Shown in pieces: positions 47,049 to 59,393 of a stretch of DNA of 64,000 nt (the first letter of the stretch is position 1; the number at the start of each line of letters is the position of its first letter). The notes under the pieces were generated by a model. That model did no database searches. It was not told the origin of the DNA and was given only the letters and a program-made list of their open reading frames with translations. The position numbers and the translations under genes were made by a program. The stretch is from the NCBI GenBank assembly GCA_965112155.1, contig OZ218114.1; one strand, given 5' to 3'. The stretch is from Podarcis liolepis. Lineage: Eukaryota.

Positions 47049-50000
47049 ATGGCGGCCTACCTGCAGTGGCGCCGCTTCGCCTTCTTCGACCGCGATGTCC
47101 TGACGGAGCCTGATGGGAAACCCGTGCTGTTGCCGCCAGGCATCACAGTCTGCGACTCGGGCCGGGGCAGTCTCGTTTTCGGGGATATCCTTGCTGTTAG
47201 TGGTGTCGCGGGGGGCGGGCAGGGTGCCTCTGAGCGTGTGTGGAGTGCTCTTTCCCCCTCAACCAGCTTGCCTGGGCAGGGCTTTTGTCTCGGTCAGCGG
47301 ACATGAGTTTTGGGTAAGCTGGAGCCATGGCTCGCCTTCTGCCAAAGTCTGAAGGCATTCCTCCTCTCCGCCCCGTGGGTTTATTCATGTTAAGAACATA
47401 AGGCAATGCCTGATGAAAGCATTGGCCCTACATCGTGGTGACTGAGTTGTCACCCTTGCTGCTGACCATGGCCATTGCCCAAACTGACGGCAGTTAAAAG
47501 TCCAGCAACATCTGGGCAAACACAGGTTAGGTAGGCACTCAGAGTCTATGATGACCAGCAGACAGAAAGTAGAAGCCTTTACCTACTTGGAGGTTCTAGG
47601 GATTGAATCTAGAATCCTTTGCATGCAAAGCAGGTGCTTCACCACCAGCCTTTCACCCAGCTCAGATATGCAGGTCTTGTTCAGTGTCTGGGTGGGAGGC
47701 AGCTGCGGAAACAATTTGAGTTCCATCATGGAAGAAAGATGGGATATAAACGTAATGTGATAAAATATTTTAGAAGCGAACCACTGAGCCTTTTGTGCCT
47801 TCTGCTCTCTTATGGGGAGGACTCCTTAACTCAGACCTACATATGGAAGGGCAGATATGGTTCCTGCTGCGCAACCTTGAGCTCAGCAGCTTCCAAGCTT
47901 ATAAGCTGAGAGTGACACATCTCTACCAGTTGAAGCAGCACAGCATCTTGGCTTCAGTTGGGGAGGATGAAGAAGGTATTAACCCTTTGGTAAGTTGGTT
48001 TGAGGGAAGCCGGACTTGTTTTTCTTTTTGATGGAAAGCTTTTGCGAGATTAGTTGTAGGGAAGGAGGAGTCTTCCGTGATGACAAGGCTGAGATAAGTG
48101 TGGGCCACCAGTTCTTCAAAACATTGCTGCTGGAATCTAGGAATTTTAAATATTTATTTGTCACCTAAGCCTTTAACTCAGGTGTTCAGGCTTTTTTGTA
48201 TTTTTTGTATTTTTCTGACTTGCGCATACAGTCATACCTCATGTCCGCTTCATGTTACGTTCTTTCAGGTTACTTCCTGCGGCAACCCGGAAGTAGCGCT
48301 TTCCGGTACTTCCGGGTTTCGCCACATGCGCAGAAGTGCAAAATGATGTCATGCGCAGAAGCGGCAAATCGCAAGCTGCCATGAGCAGATGGGCCGTTGC
48401 GGGTTACGCTCTTTTCATGTTGCGAACGGGCCTCCAGAATGGATCCCGTTTGCAACCAGAGGTACCACTGTATTTGGCTTAAGCCTGATCAAGAGAAGGG
48501 TGTCTTGCTCCTTCTGCCTATTTGCCTTGCAGTGACTTCCTGCTAGGAGAGTAAATGTGGCTCCTTTCTTTCCACAGCAGCTATGTCTGCACTCCTGGTC
48601 CCAGAGTTTGACTGGAGAAAGGGGGAAATGTGCATCTTATATGCACAGTAGCACTTACTTTTAGATAAAAAGGGAATCGGTGCAATTTGTGGTGGTTTTC
48701 CTCAACAAGCCCCCTATAATAACTTGTAGGTCAAAGTCTGGAATCTAGAGAAGCGTGATGGTGGGAATCCTCTGTGCACCAGGATTTTCCCTGCAATACC
48801 AGGCAACAAGCCTACAGTTGTGTCCTGCCTCACAGTCCATGAGAATCTCAACTTCATGGCCATTGGTAAGTGGAAATGAAATTGCTGCTGTGAGTTACAG
48901 ACATAAAATCATAAAGGAAAAATTGATCTTGCAGAAATTGATCTACTTTGTTTTGGGGAGAGTACTCCTTCGTCTTTTCATATTAATCTCATTCAGCTTT
49001 CCATTTGGTGGACTTACCTGATGTCTTCCGATAGCAGAGAATGCCTGCTTTTTCCCAGGGTGTCTCATGGAATGCAGCATTCACCCTTTCCCATTTCTGC
49101 TGTAGGCTTTACAGATGGGAGCGTTGTGCTCACTAAAGGAGACATCACAAGAGATCGGCACAGCAAAAGTCAGATCCTTCAGGAAGGCAGTTACCCAATT
49201 ACAGGCCTTGCCTTCCGTCAGTCTGGCAAAACAACACATCTGTTTGTTGCCACCACAGAGAACATCCAGGTAAGATGTTTGGTTGACCACCAAGGGTGTG
49301 TGTGTTATGCCCTGCTCCATCCCAGTTTCTGAGCTGTTCTTGTGGCTTTCCAAGCTTCATTGTGTCCTCCTCCTTGTGGACTTTGCAGTGTTACACCCTT
49401 TCAGTGAAGGACTATCCGAAGCTAGAATTGGACACACGTGGCTGTGGGCTGCGCTGCTCCACACTCAGCGATCCCTCCCAGGACCTCCAGTTCATTGTGG
49501 CAGGAGATGAATGTGTATATCTGTACCAGCCAGATGAGCGTGGGCCCTGCTTTGCCTTTGAAGGCCAGAAGCTGATATCCCACTGGTATCGGGGCTACCT
49601 TGTCATTGTTTCCAAGGAACGGAAGCCTTCTCCAAAGTAAGACAGAACTGCAAGACAGAATAACTTGAATTGTTTTCCTTTGACCTCTTAAAAACTCAGG
49701 GTGTGGGATCTGGATAAAGGTGGTTGCTTTTAAATTATATATTGCTTCTGGTTAGGTACTCTTCTGTAGGAGAGAGCAGTAGAAAGTTATTGTGTGTTGC
49801 ATGGAATTTCTTTTTGGCCTTCCAATCCCTATTTGAAGGCAGTGTTAAATCCAGCTTTCCTTTCCAGCTTCCTATCAGATCTTGGATTTTCTGACTATGC
49901 TGAGTGGGATATGTACAAGTAATCTTGAGAATGTGATGACTGTCATGAAAGGTCCAAATGGCTGAATGCGGGGGTTGGGTAGGGAAACCCTACTTTGCAG

Positions 50001-53000
50001 CAAGGCAATATGTTGTACTATCCAAGGCTCAGAAACAGTTAGGATGACATACATATTGTGGGGGAGAAATAGGAAGCAGATGCATCTTATGCACTGGAAT
50101 GCAAAAGCTTGGTCAGAAGCTTAGTTTTTTAGATTCATCAGGTACTCTCAGAGGGCTCTGCCAGCTGACTTTAACGTTTGCCTGGAAATGTTAAGATCAG
50201 CAGTTTGAGACTCTCTGAGACTGGAGTGTGGACCATTCTTTCATCCAATGCATGAAAGGGAACTCTGTGAGTGAAAGTTAAAAGACTGTCTCTGAGGCTG
50301 TCCCTCACTCTTTGCTCCTCTGTACTCCAGATCGGAATTTGCTGGGAGTGATCCACAAAACTCCGACAAGCAGATCCTGAATATTTATGACTTGGGCAAC
50401 AAGTTCATTGCGTATAGTTCTGTCTTTGACGACGTGGTGGATGTCCTGGCCGAGTGGGGGTGCCTCTATGTGCTGACCAGAGATGGGAAGCTCCATGCAC
50501 TGCAGGAGAAGGACACGCAAACCAAGCTTGAGGCAAGGGACCTTGGTCGCTTCTTCCTTCTCTGTGGTTAGTGGGGTTCTGAGGTGCAAAGCTTATTCAC
50601 AGCTGCCTGCAGCTCAAAGCCCAGACGTTGCCCTACACCAGACCGTTTGGACTGCAAATACCATCAGTCCCAGCATCATACACCTGTGCTGCCTGGGGCT
50701 GATGGGGAGCTGTAGCCCCAACCATTTGGAGGGCTCCAGTTTGTGGGAGGTTGGTGTGGTCTGCTGTTTCTCCGTAGGGAGCCTGAGTAAGGGGCTGGAA
50801 GTGACTCTGAACTAGCATCTGTGCCATGTGGCACAGAGGGAAGGAGCAGCTGTGGCCTAGAGCCCCTTGTTTCTTCTCTTAGAATTACGAAAGTTGCAAA
50901 TGCATGTCGTTATGCATTCACAAAACAATACATCAGTATGCATTCCATACTTGAGGACCCCAGTAATTAAGCAGCTCCCCATGGAACAAAGGTTATAAAT
51001 AGTCAAGATAACCCTTAAAACCCTGTTGATCCCATCAACATTTGTAAGCAAGCAAGCACTTCCCTTCCAACAGATGCTCTTCAGGAAGAACCTCTTTGAA
51101 ATGGCCATTCACCTGGCCAGGAGCCACCACCTGGATAGTGACGGCTTGTCTGAGATCTTTCGCCAGTATGGAGACCATCTGTATAACAAGGGAAACCACG
51201 ATGGCGCCATTCAGCAATATATTCGGTAGGCAGGATAGGGGAGTTTTGGCCCTCCTTCCCTCCCTCCCTTTCCATTACAGCCATGTTGGGGTGAGAAGAA
51301 AAACCAGAGGCCTTGCTATCTAAGCATCTGGGTGCCACAAATCTGGATTTTTAATCTGACCAATCTGCCACCTTCTTGTTGGCTTCCTTTCTGAATTGCT
51401 TCACCAGGGAAATCATCATGAGATGGGAACTAAATCCATCCAAATCTGGTTTGCAAACACACAGAGCCCTGGTGAGCTCTGACACATCCAAATGAAGTTT
51501 GGCTCTCTGGATCTCAGTGGACTGGTATTTATTTACTGAGATAGTATATAGCGAATGCCTATCTATCTGTGGTTGCTCCTGGCTTTTCAGATTGTGAGGT
51601 GCTTATCAGCAGATTGCACTACCTTTGGCAATGTGAGGGGCAGACCAAGATAATTTTCCAGCCCCAAATTGTGAGAACTACAAGTTTTGATTTCCACCCA
51701 CTTGATTTCCACTCTCCCCAATTAATTTGGCACTCCAAGCCACCTCCTCTTCCTGTGCCCTACTTGTGTTGGAAATTGTGGCTGCACCTTCTGATCTTCT
51801 GTAGAACCAGATGCGAGGTTGGGCTTACATGCACACTTTCTCATCTTCTCTCTTGGCTTTTGACTACCTGGAATAGGGTCCTCATGGGGTCCTCTTTCTC
51901 CCTAGTACCATTGGGAAACTAGAGCCATCCTACGTCATCCGCAAGTTCTTGGATGCTCAGAGGATACACAACCTGACTGCGTACTTGCAGACGCTCCACC
52001 TGCAGTCATTGGCCAACGCAGACCACACGACACTGCTGCTGAATTGCTACACCAAGCTGAAAGACATATCCAAGCTTGAGGAGTTCATCAAGGTACAACA
52101 GGGAAGGGTGCGGATGCCCTGGCGTGCTGGCTCCTCCTTCCGCATTATGCCTCAATGGGCTTGTGTGCTTGAGCAGCCATCCTCCAACTTTTGGTGCCTG
52201 CCTGCTCCACATTCCCAGTGCAGAGATTGAGAGAGCCTTCCGGGTAATTGAAGGACCCTTCATTTGGCTGCTTGAGGTTTGGTGGGTGCTTTCCTCCAGT
52301 CCTGGAGTTGAGAAGGATCAGAAGTCTTCCCTTTGCAGGAAGAGAAGCTTATTTCTTTTTAACCTCATAGGAAGGAAGAAGCAGAGGCCTTCTCTTCGTC
52401 TCAGGGGGCAACCTGCTGCTTCTGGCTCCAGCCATAATATATTACGGTTTCATGGGAGAGATACAGAGGCATTCCTCTTTCTCAGTAGACATGCCCCTTC
52501 TGAATGCCTTCTTTGCTTTGTCCTCCCCCACACAGACCAGTGAGAGCGAGGTGCACTTTGATGTGGAGACAGCCATCAAGGTTCTGCGTCAGGCAGGCTG
52601 CTACTCCCACGCCGTGTACCTAGCTGAGAAGCATGCGCACCACGAGTGGTACCTCAAGATCCAGCTGGAGGATATCAAGGTGAGGCCAAACAGCCTGCCT
52701 GGTGCTGAGCTTCACTTCCAGCTTTTAAAGCTGACTTCTTGGAGTGCATCTGGATGCTGGAGAAACCCGAGAGGCGCTTTGGCTCAGGAGGGGGGTGATG
52801 ACCATGTTTCTCTACATTCTCCCTTTTTTGCACTGGGGATAGTAGTGTCCACAGTTTGGGACTGTGTACATCTGTTTTCCCACATGGCAGACAAAGAGGC
52901 ATTAGACTAGCGTAAGGGTGGGTAACTTGCCGGCTCCCGTGGGTCTTTCACTTGGCCTGTTACGAACACTTTCTTAGTTGTTAAACATTTTGGGGTCTCA

Positions 53001-56000
53001 AGGCTGCAGCAGCAAGTTTAAAAGGGCTTGCCATGATTTTTACATTAAGTGGAGCAGCTGCTCCTGTGCTGCGTTTTGCAAGAGGAGCTGTGTGACTTGT
53101 TGCCATGGAGAATAAAAGGCAGGAGTACACTGCTTAGCTCTTTTTTCCTTATTATTATTATTTATTGAAATTCACAAAAAACAAACAGACAGACAGACAA
53201 AAACCTTTAACATAGACCATATATTACGGTATATTATCAATTGACTTTTCATCCTCCCCTTCTATGGTTTCCACATTTACCCTTGAATGCTGCATATTTC
53301 ACGTATACTATCCAATACAGTCATACCTTGGAAGTCGAACGGAATCTGAAGTCCGTTCAACTTCCAAAACGTTCAGAAACCAAAGTGTGTCTTCTGATTG
53401 GCTACAGGAAGTTCCTGCAGCCAGTCAGAAGCCGCGCTGGACTTTCGGCTTCTGAAAATCATTCGGAAACCGGAACACTCACTTCTGGTTTTTGTTCGTT
53501 TGGGAGCCGAAACGTACGAGTTCCAAGGCATTTGGCAACCAAGGTACGACTGTACATCCATGTTAACCTATTTATCTTAATAATGAACGCTGTTGCTCAT
53601 ATTTCAAGTCCTGCTCGCGTTTTCATCTCACTATAGGTAGTTCTTCAAATACTTAGTTCTAACCCCAAGATACAGGGAAACTGGGGTCTGCTTCTGCAGT
53701 TGGCTCAGCCTGTCTTGCCCTGGGAGTGTTATCCATGCTTGTGTCAGAAGCCCTCTTCAGGTGTCCTATCAGCATGTAGAATATTACTGGTGGAGGGGGG
53801 GCATGGGGATGGGAGTGCTAGCTCTGCCCCCCTCATTTTCATTCCTGTTGCCCTCCTCCAAGTTGGAGGCCAATTGTCTGAAGCTCTGAGCTTCTTGTAC
53901 TTGTTGAGGCTCCCTGTGTACTTTTAAACTCCGAAGTCAGGGTTCTAAAATGCCTTGGAGAGTTTCCTTGAGTACAGGAGGCTCCCCGCTTTGCAAGGTC
54001 AGCATCCAGCATGCGGAGGACCCACAGGAACGGCGGTGAGAGGGGCAGAACTGGCAAACTTATCTCACAAACTTTCCATGTGTGATAGTTCTGCAGCACA
54101 CATTTCCCTGTGTGTTTTGGACTACAGTTCCTATCAGCCCCCATCATCACACAGCGGTTGTGCTGGCTAGGACTAAGGAGAGTTATCCTGCAAAACATGC
54201 AGAGGGCACCCGGTTTGGGAAAGCTGTTCTGCTTGAAGGCAGAAGGCCAACACATTGGCTCCAGAGCAACCTCTCTCTCCTATCACCTGTCCTTCTTTTG
54301 TGCAGAACTACCAGGAAGCCCTACGTTACATTGGGAAGCTGCCCTTTGAGCAGGCCGAGAGCAACATGAAGCGGTATGGCAAGATCCTCATGCATCACGT
54401 CCCGAATGAGACCACTGAGCTCCTGAAGGTCCTGTGCACGAACTACCAGCCGGTGGGGGATCGTGAGGGTCCTGGAGCACTGGAAGGGAGGAAGGTATTG
54501 GCTGGATTTGGGGTGGTGTGTGTGTTGCTGCCCGTTGCTTGTGCAGCTGAGGGTGGTGCTCACCAAGGAGAGCAGGGGGATGAGGAGTAATCGGCATTAA
54601 GTGAACAAAATGCTAAGTGTAAAATACAGTCTGGGCAAGCAGGCTTAGTGGTGATAGCCTGCAGGGTATTGTGGGGGACAAACAGAGTCATAGAACTGTA
54701 GAGTTGGAAGGGACTATTAGGGTCATCTTGTCCAACCCCTGTTGCCCAAAGTGGGGTTCAAACCCGCAACCCTGAGATTAAGAGCCTCATGCTCTACCGA
54801 CTGAACTGGTTGGAAGGCAGGGATGTTGAACAACCTCTGGGAGGCAACAAAGGGCTCAGACCTGTGTGGCTTGCAGAGTTTTTGCTTGTCTGGTTGCTGT
54901 TCAGATAAGCCATTCTTCCCCATACAAACACACACACATACCTCATACCGGGTTTATTGCAATAGCACTTGCTGATACTTGCTGTGTCCTGAGCACCAGC
55001 CAGTCTTTGCTAGGCTCCTTGTAGGGCAGGTGTGGGGAGTCACTGACCCTCCAGGTGTTGCTGAAGTACAGCTCCCATCCTCTCTGGCCATTTGCTTGCT
55101 GGGGCTGGTGGGAGTTGTAGTTCAGCGACGTCTGGAGAGCCAAAGGTTCCCCACATGTGTTGTGGGGGGAGCTCTGGGACATTTGGGGCTGCCGAAGGCT
55201 CTGCCAGGAGAACTGAGACACAGAATGTTCCATCTAGACTGGCTACTGCCTGCCTTTCCCCATTCTCTTCTCTCTTTGTAATATAGGCAAATCCTGATGA
55301 GTTCATTCCCATTTTTGCCAACAACTCCCGGGAGCTGAAGGCCTTCCTAGAGCACATGTCAGAAGTGCAGCCAGACTCTCCACAGGGCGTGTACGACACA
55401 TTGCTGGAGCTCCGCCTCCAGAACTGGGCGCATGAGCAGGATCCACAGGTCAGTCCTCCATCCGCTTGGGGTCAAATTTCTAGTTGTGCCCAGGGGAGGT
55501 TGACTGGTGGAAGCCATTGGCAGCAAGGTCTTGGGTGACCTGCCTGGTGAAAATCTGGCTGGCAAGAGAGAAAAGCTCAATTCATGGGGCTCTGGTTCAA
55601 GGTGCCTGTGACACAGGTGGCTAACCCATCTTTTGGCCTGAGTGCCACATTGAACCTTGGTCAACCTTCACAGGGGGCAAGGAACTGCGTTCCAGGGGTG
55701 GGTGCTCACCAGATACTATCACATACTGTTTCCTGCACACACAAACGCAGCTGATCTATGCAGAAAACTGCGAAGTGGAGATTATCTTTTCCTCTCTGTA
55801 CACCAAATGACCAGTTGGATGACCAGGAACAGGACAGTTTGCACCCACACAAACACCCAATTAGGGCCCACCCACCACACAGCAGTATGTCTGTTTCATT
55901 ATTATTTTCTGCCAAAGTTGGAGGGTTATTGGGGCAGTGCCAGAACAGTTGCTTGGAGGTGTGTGTCTGGATCAGACTCTCGAAATGAAGCGTATCCACC

Positions 56001-59000
56001 CCTGTCCCTTGCCCATCTCCTAATTCTTGATCCTGGGGTTATCTGGCAAAGCTGAATAGTGGGAGATTCAGGGCAGAGAAACGGGAAGATGGGACACAAA
56101 ATACGGAATCTATTCCCACGTGATTTAGTGATTATCACCAACTTGAATGGCTTCAAAAAAGGATTAGACACATTCACGGAGGGCAATGCTATTATTCCTG
56201 ATGGTTGCATGCTCTTTCCAGAATCAGTGGGCAAGAGCAGGAAAGTGCTTCTGTTGCATTTAGCTCTCCTTGCATTATGGCATCTGGTTGGCCACTGTAA
56301 GAACAGGATACTGGACTGGATGGGCCTCCTTTGGCCTGATCCGTTTGCTGCAGAGCTCTGCTTATTAACTTGATGTTTTCTTGGCTTTGGGCTCCGTGTA
56401 GGTCAAAGAGAGGCTGCACAACGAAGCCATTTCCTTGCTGAAGAGTGGGAAGTTTCGGAGCGTCTTCGACAAGGCTTTGGTCCTGTGCCAGATGCACAAC
56501 TTCAAGGATGGTGTCCTGTACCTCTATGAACAGGGCAAGCTGTGAGTCTAGAGGCGCCAGCAGCCTCCTACTCTTTGGGGGAGGGTTGGAAGAGGGTTTC
56601 TGGAGCTTTTTGGAGAGCAACAGGTGGGCTCAAGGGCATTATATTTGGTCCCCTGGTGGAAAGGACCCTCTTCTCTCTTCCTTCCCCAGTTTCCAGCAGA
56701 TCATGCACTACCACATGCAGAACGAGCAGTACAAGAAGGTGGTGGAAGTCTGCGAGCTGTACGGAGACCAGGAGGCCTGCCTTTGGGAACAAGCCCTCGG
56801 CTACTTCGCCCACAAGGAGGAGGACTGCAAAGAGTACATCACAGCTGTGCTCAAGCACATTGAGACCAAGAATCTCATGCCGCCCCTGCTGGGTGAGGGA
56901 GGTTCCACTTCCAGGCAGGGGGTGGGGATGGCTGAGGCTGTCTCCTTGAGAGGCTTGACTTTGGGAAGCTTCTGGGGTGGATGGAGCTGGGAATTAAAAC
57001 CAGTCTCTCAAGCAAAAGAGCTGCTAAATAAATCCAGGGCTCCCTTCAGCCTCTCCCTTTATGAGAATGACCTGCCTTCCAAGCCCCTATGGAGGCCAGA
57101 TGCTGCTCTTACTCTTGACGCTAGTGAAGCTTTTGGCTGAAGGTTTATTTGTTTTTCTGATCCACCCTTTAACAATGGGTAACAAATTTAAATTGCCCTC
57201 TTTTTCTGTGGCAATCACACAGGGTCCCCGGATGTTTCACCGTCTATTGATCCCTTGCCACCACTTTATTTCTCGCTGCCACCACCCAGGCCCTACCTGG
57301 GACAATACTGAGTCCAGTCAGGTTAAATTGAAACATAAACTTTTGTTTATTTATTGCAGTTTAACAAGTGTGTGGTTTCATAAACAGTATCCATCAATTA
57401 CATTCATGGGGTGCCTATCCAGACCTATAACTTTCGCTACCTGCTCTCTCTCACTCAACCACCTCTCAGATATTTACTTGTCTGCCTAGCCCCTAACAGT
57501 TCCTGACTCAGCCTATTTCACTACACTAACTCAACCTACCCACAACTCTAGCCCAATTCACTCCCACTCCAACCAACCACCCAATTCCCAACGAACTCAG
57601 CTAACTCCCCAAGGAACTCTCCCCTTTGCCCCTCCCAGAGCTGGTTTTATAGTCCCACTGACTCCACCCCCCTGGGTCCTGACTGGGCAACCTGTTTAAC
57701 TATTTCACCTCCAGCACTCTCTCATATGTTAACGTCACAATGCTGCTCTTACTCTTGACGCCAGTGATGCTTTTGGCTGAAGGTTTATTTGTTTTTCTGA
57801 TCCACCCTTTATCAATGTATCACAAGTTTAAATTGCCCTCTGCTCTCTGAATCTTGGCCGTTAAAGGGTCTGAAGTGTTGTGGAATGGGACAGAGAATGG
57901 TGAAGGGCCCCTCCCCTGTGGTTTGAAGGGACAAGGTAGATTTGTGCTCACCCAGGTGTAATATAAATTGCCCCACTCCCTCTACTTCCCTGTGCTGATG
58001 GATTGCCCCCTCTGTCCAGTTGTGCAGACTCTGGCTCATAACTCCACAGCCACCCTGTCTGTCATCAAGGATTACCTGGTCAGCAAGCTGCAGAAGCAGA
58101 GCCGCCAGATTGAGCAGGACGAGCAGAGGATTCAGAAGTACCGGGAGGAGACTAAGCGGATCCGCAAGGAGATCGAGGAGCTCAAAAGCAGGTAGCCGCA
58201 GTCTATGTTGCTGGGCCTGTCTGACCTCCATAAGACGTGGCCTCCAGAGGGAGCAAGACATCACCACATGCCACTTTCCTGCCTTCTGCCCATTGTGCTC
58301 TGTTTGGTGGTGCAGTGTGATGAACAAGTCCAGGTGGTTCCTTGGAAGGGATTGAGATGGATCGGGAAGGGACTCCAAAGGAGACTTCATTCATCTGCCA
58401 ATCTTCCAGAGTACAGCTGCTCTTTACTTACAGCTGCTGTAGCAATCCTGGAATCCAGGGCAGGGGAGAAGCTTGATGCTCAAGTGCAATGTGGGCATCA
58501 TCGGAATGTGTTGCTGTTGCTTCTGCGCATGCGTGTGTCCCTGAAAACCATCTCTCTTCCTTGCCCTTCCCTTGTGTGTTTCCTTTTCTCAGTCCCAAGA
58601 TCTTCCAGAAGACCAAGTGCAGCATTTGCACCAGTGCCTTGGAGCTGCCCTCAGTTCACTTTCTGTGTGGCCACTCCTTCCACCAGCACTGCTTTGAGAG
58701 CTACTCGGAGAGTGGGTCGGAGTGTCCCACCTGCTTGCCCGAGAACCGCAAAGTCATGGACATGATCCGCGCTCAAGAGCAGAAGCGGGACTTGCATGAC
58801 CAGTTCCAGCACCAGGTGGGGCTCCCTGGCTGCCTAGCTAGATTTCCAGTCTGGTTTATTATGACACTTTATATCCAACTGGTGGGGAGTGCCTGGCCCT
58901 GCCTGGGATTTTTTTTGGGGGGGGAATACTGTGTTGTTTTAAATGCATAGTGTAATTTGTGTTTGAACCCATAACTCTGGATGTTGGGTGAAGACATGCC

Positions 59001-59393
59001 AAAGTCATGTTTCGGTCCACCATCTTGGTTCAAAATGGCGTCTGTGCCCAAACAGCAACGAAGTCTATTGCCCCACCACTGCAACCATCGTGCTGAATTT
59101 GACAATGATATCTCAAGAGGTGGCCGAACATATAGAGGCAAACCATTTTCCAAAATGTATAGTAAATGATAGAATCTCCCACCCTAACCGCCCCCGAAAG
59201 TGAAGCTTTTATTTGTTCCATCTTACAGATGAAATGCTCCAATGACAGCTTTTCTGTGGTTGCGGATTATTTTGGCCGAGGCGTTTTCAACAAGCTCACC
59301 CTCATCACAGACCTTCCTCCAGGCAAATCTGCTGCAGTACTCGATGCGGGCCTGCAGCGTGAGCTGCTGATACACACAAAACGGAGCACTTAG
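47049..59393 (+). CDS. VPS11: Vacuolar protein sorting 11, HOPS/CORVET core subunit (beta-propeller, clathrin repeat, RING-H2), 923 aa
   Basis: 16 exons: 47049-47184, 47841-47989, 48730-48865, 49106-49269, 49389-49636, 50331-50532, 51074-51225, 51906-52092, 52536-52679, 54306-54494, 55287-55448, 56402-56541, 56690-56892, 58020-58191, 58593-58815, 59229-59393 (2772 nt). MAAYLQWRRFAFFD...GITVCDSGRGSLVFGDMEGQIWFL; YGDHLYNKGNHDGAIQQYIRTIGKLEPSYVIRKFLDAQRI; RING CSICTSALELPSVHFLCGHSFHQHCFESYSESGSECPTC. Confidence 0.97.
47185..47840 (+). other. U12-type AT-AC intron (VPS11 intron 1)
   Basis: 5' splice site ATATCCTT at 47185, branch point TCCTTAAC at 47823-47830, terminal AC at 47839-47840. Splicing restores G|AT = Asp in SLVFGDMEG. 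Confidence 0.93.
48229..48470. mobile_element. Tc1/mariner (Tigger-like) MITE
   Basis: Ends CAGTCATACCTC / GAGGTACCACTG with TA on both sides. Confidence 0.8.
53318..53552. mobile_element. Tc1/mariner (Tigger-like) MITE nested in an AT-rich LINE-like remnant
   Basis: Ends CAGTCATACCTTGG / CCAAGGTACGACTG with TA TSD. Confidence 0.82.
54684..54812 (-). mobile_element. tRNA-Lys(CTT)-derived SINE with CR1-type 3' tail
   Basis: Minus strand CAGTTCAGTCGGTAGAGCATGAGGCTCTTAATCTCAGGGTTGCGGGTTTGAACCCCACTTTGGGCA, directly followed by GGTTGGACAAGATGACC...CCCTTCCAACTCTACAGTTCTATGA. Confidence 0.8.
57207..57739 (-). mobile_element. Probable solo LTR in VPS11 intron 13
   Basis: TG...CA termini with short imperfect inverted repeat (TGTGGC / GTCACA). 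Minus-strand TATAAAA (57645-57651) upstream of AATAAA (57346-57355). Flanked by a duplicated host segment. Confidence 0.65.

Noticed and set aside
54744-54812. tRNA-Lys(CTT) gene on the minus strand
   Set aside because: Acceptor stem is broken, the T-loop is mutated (GGTTTGA), and it is fused to a CR1-type tail, so it is a SINE head.
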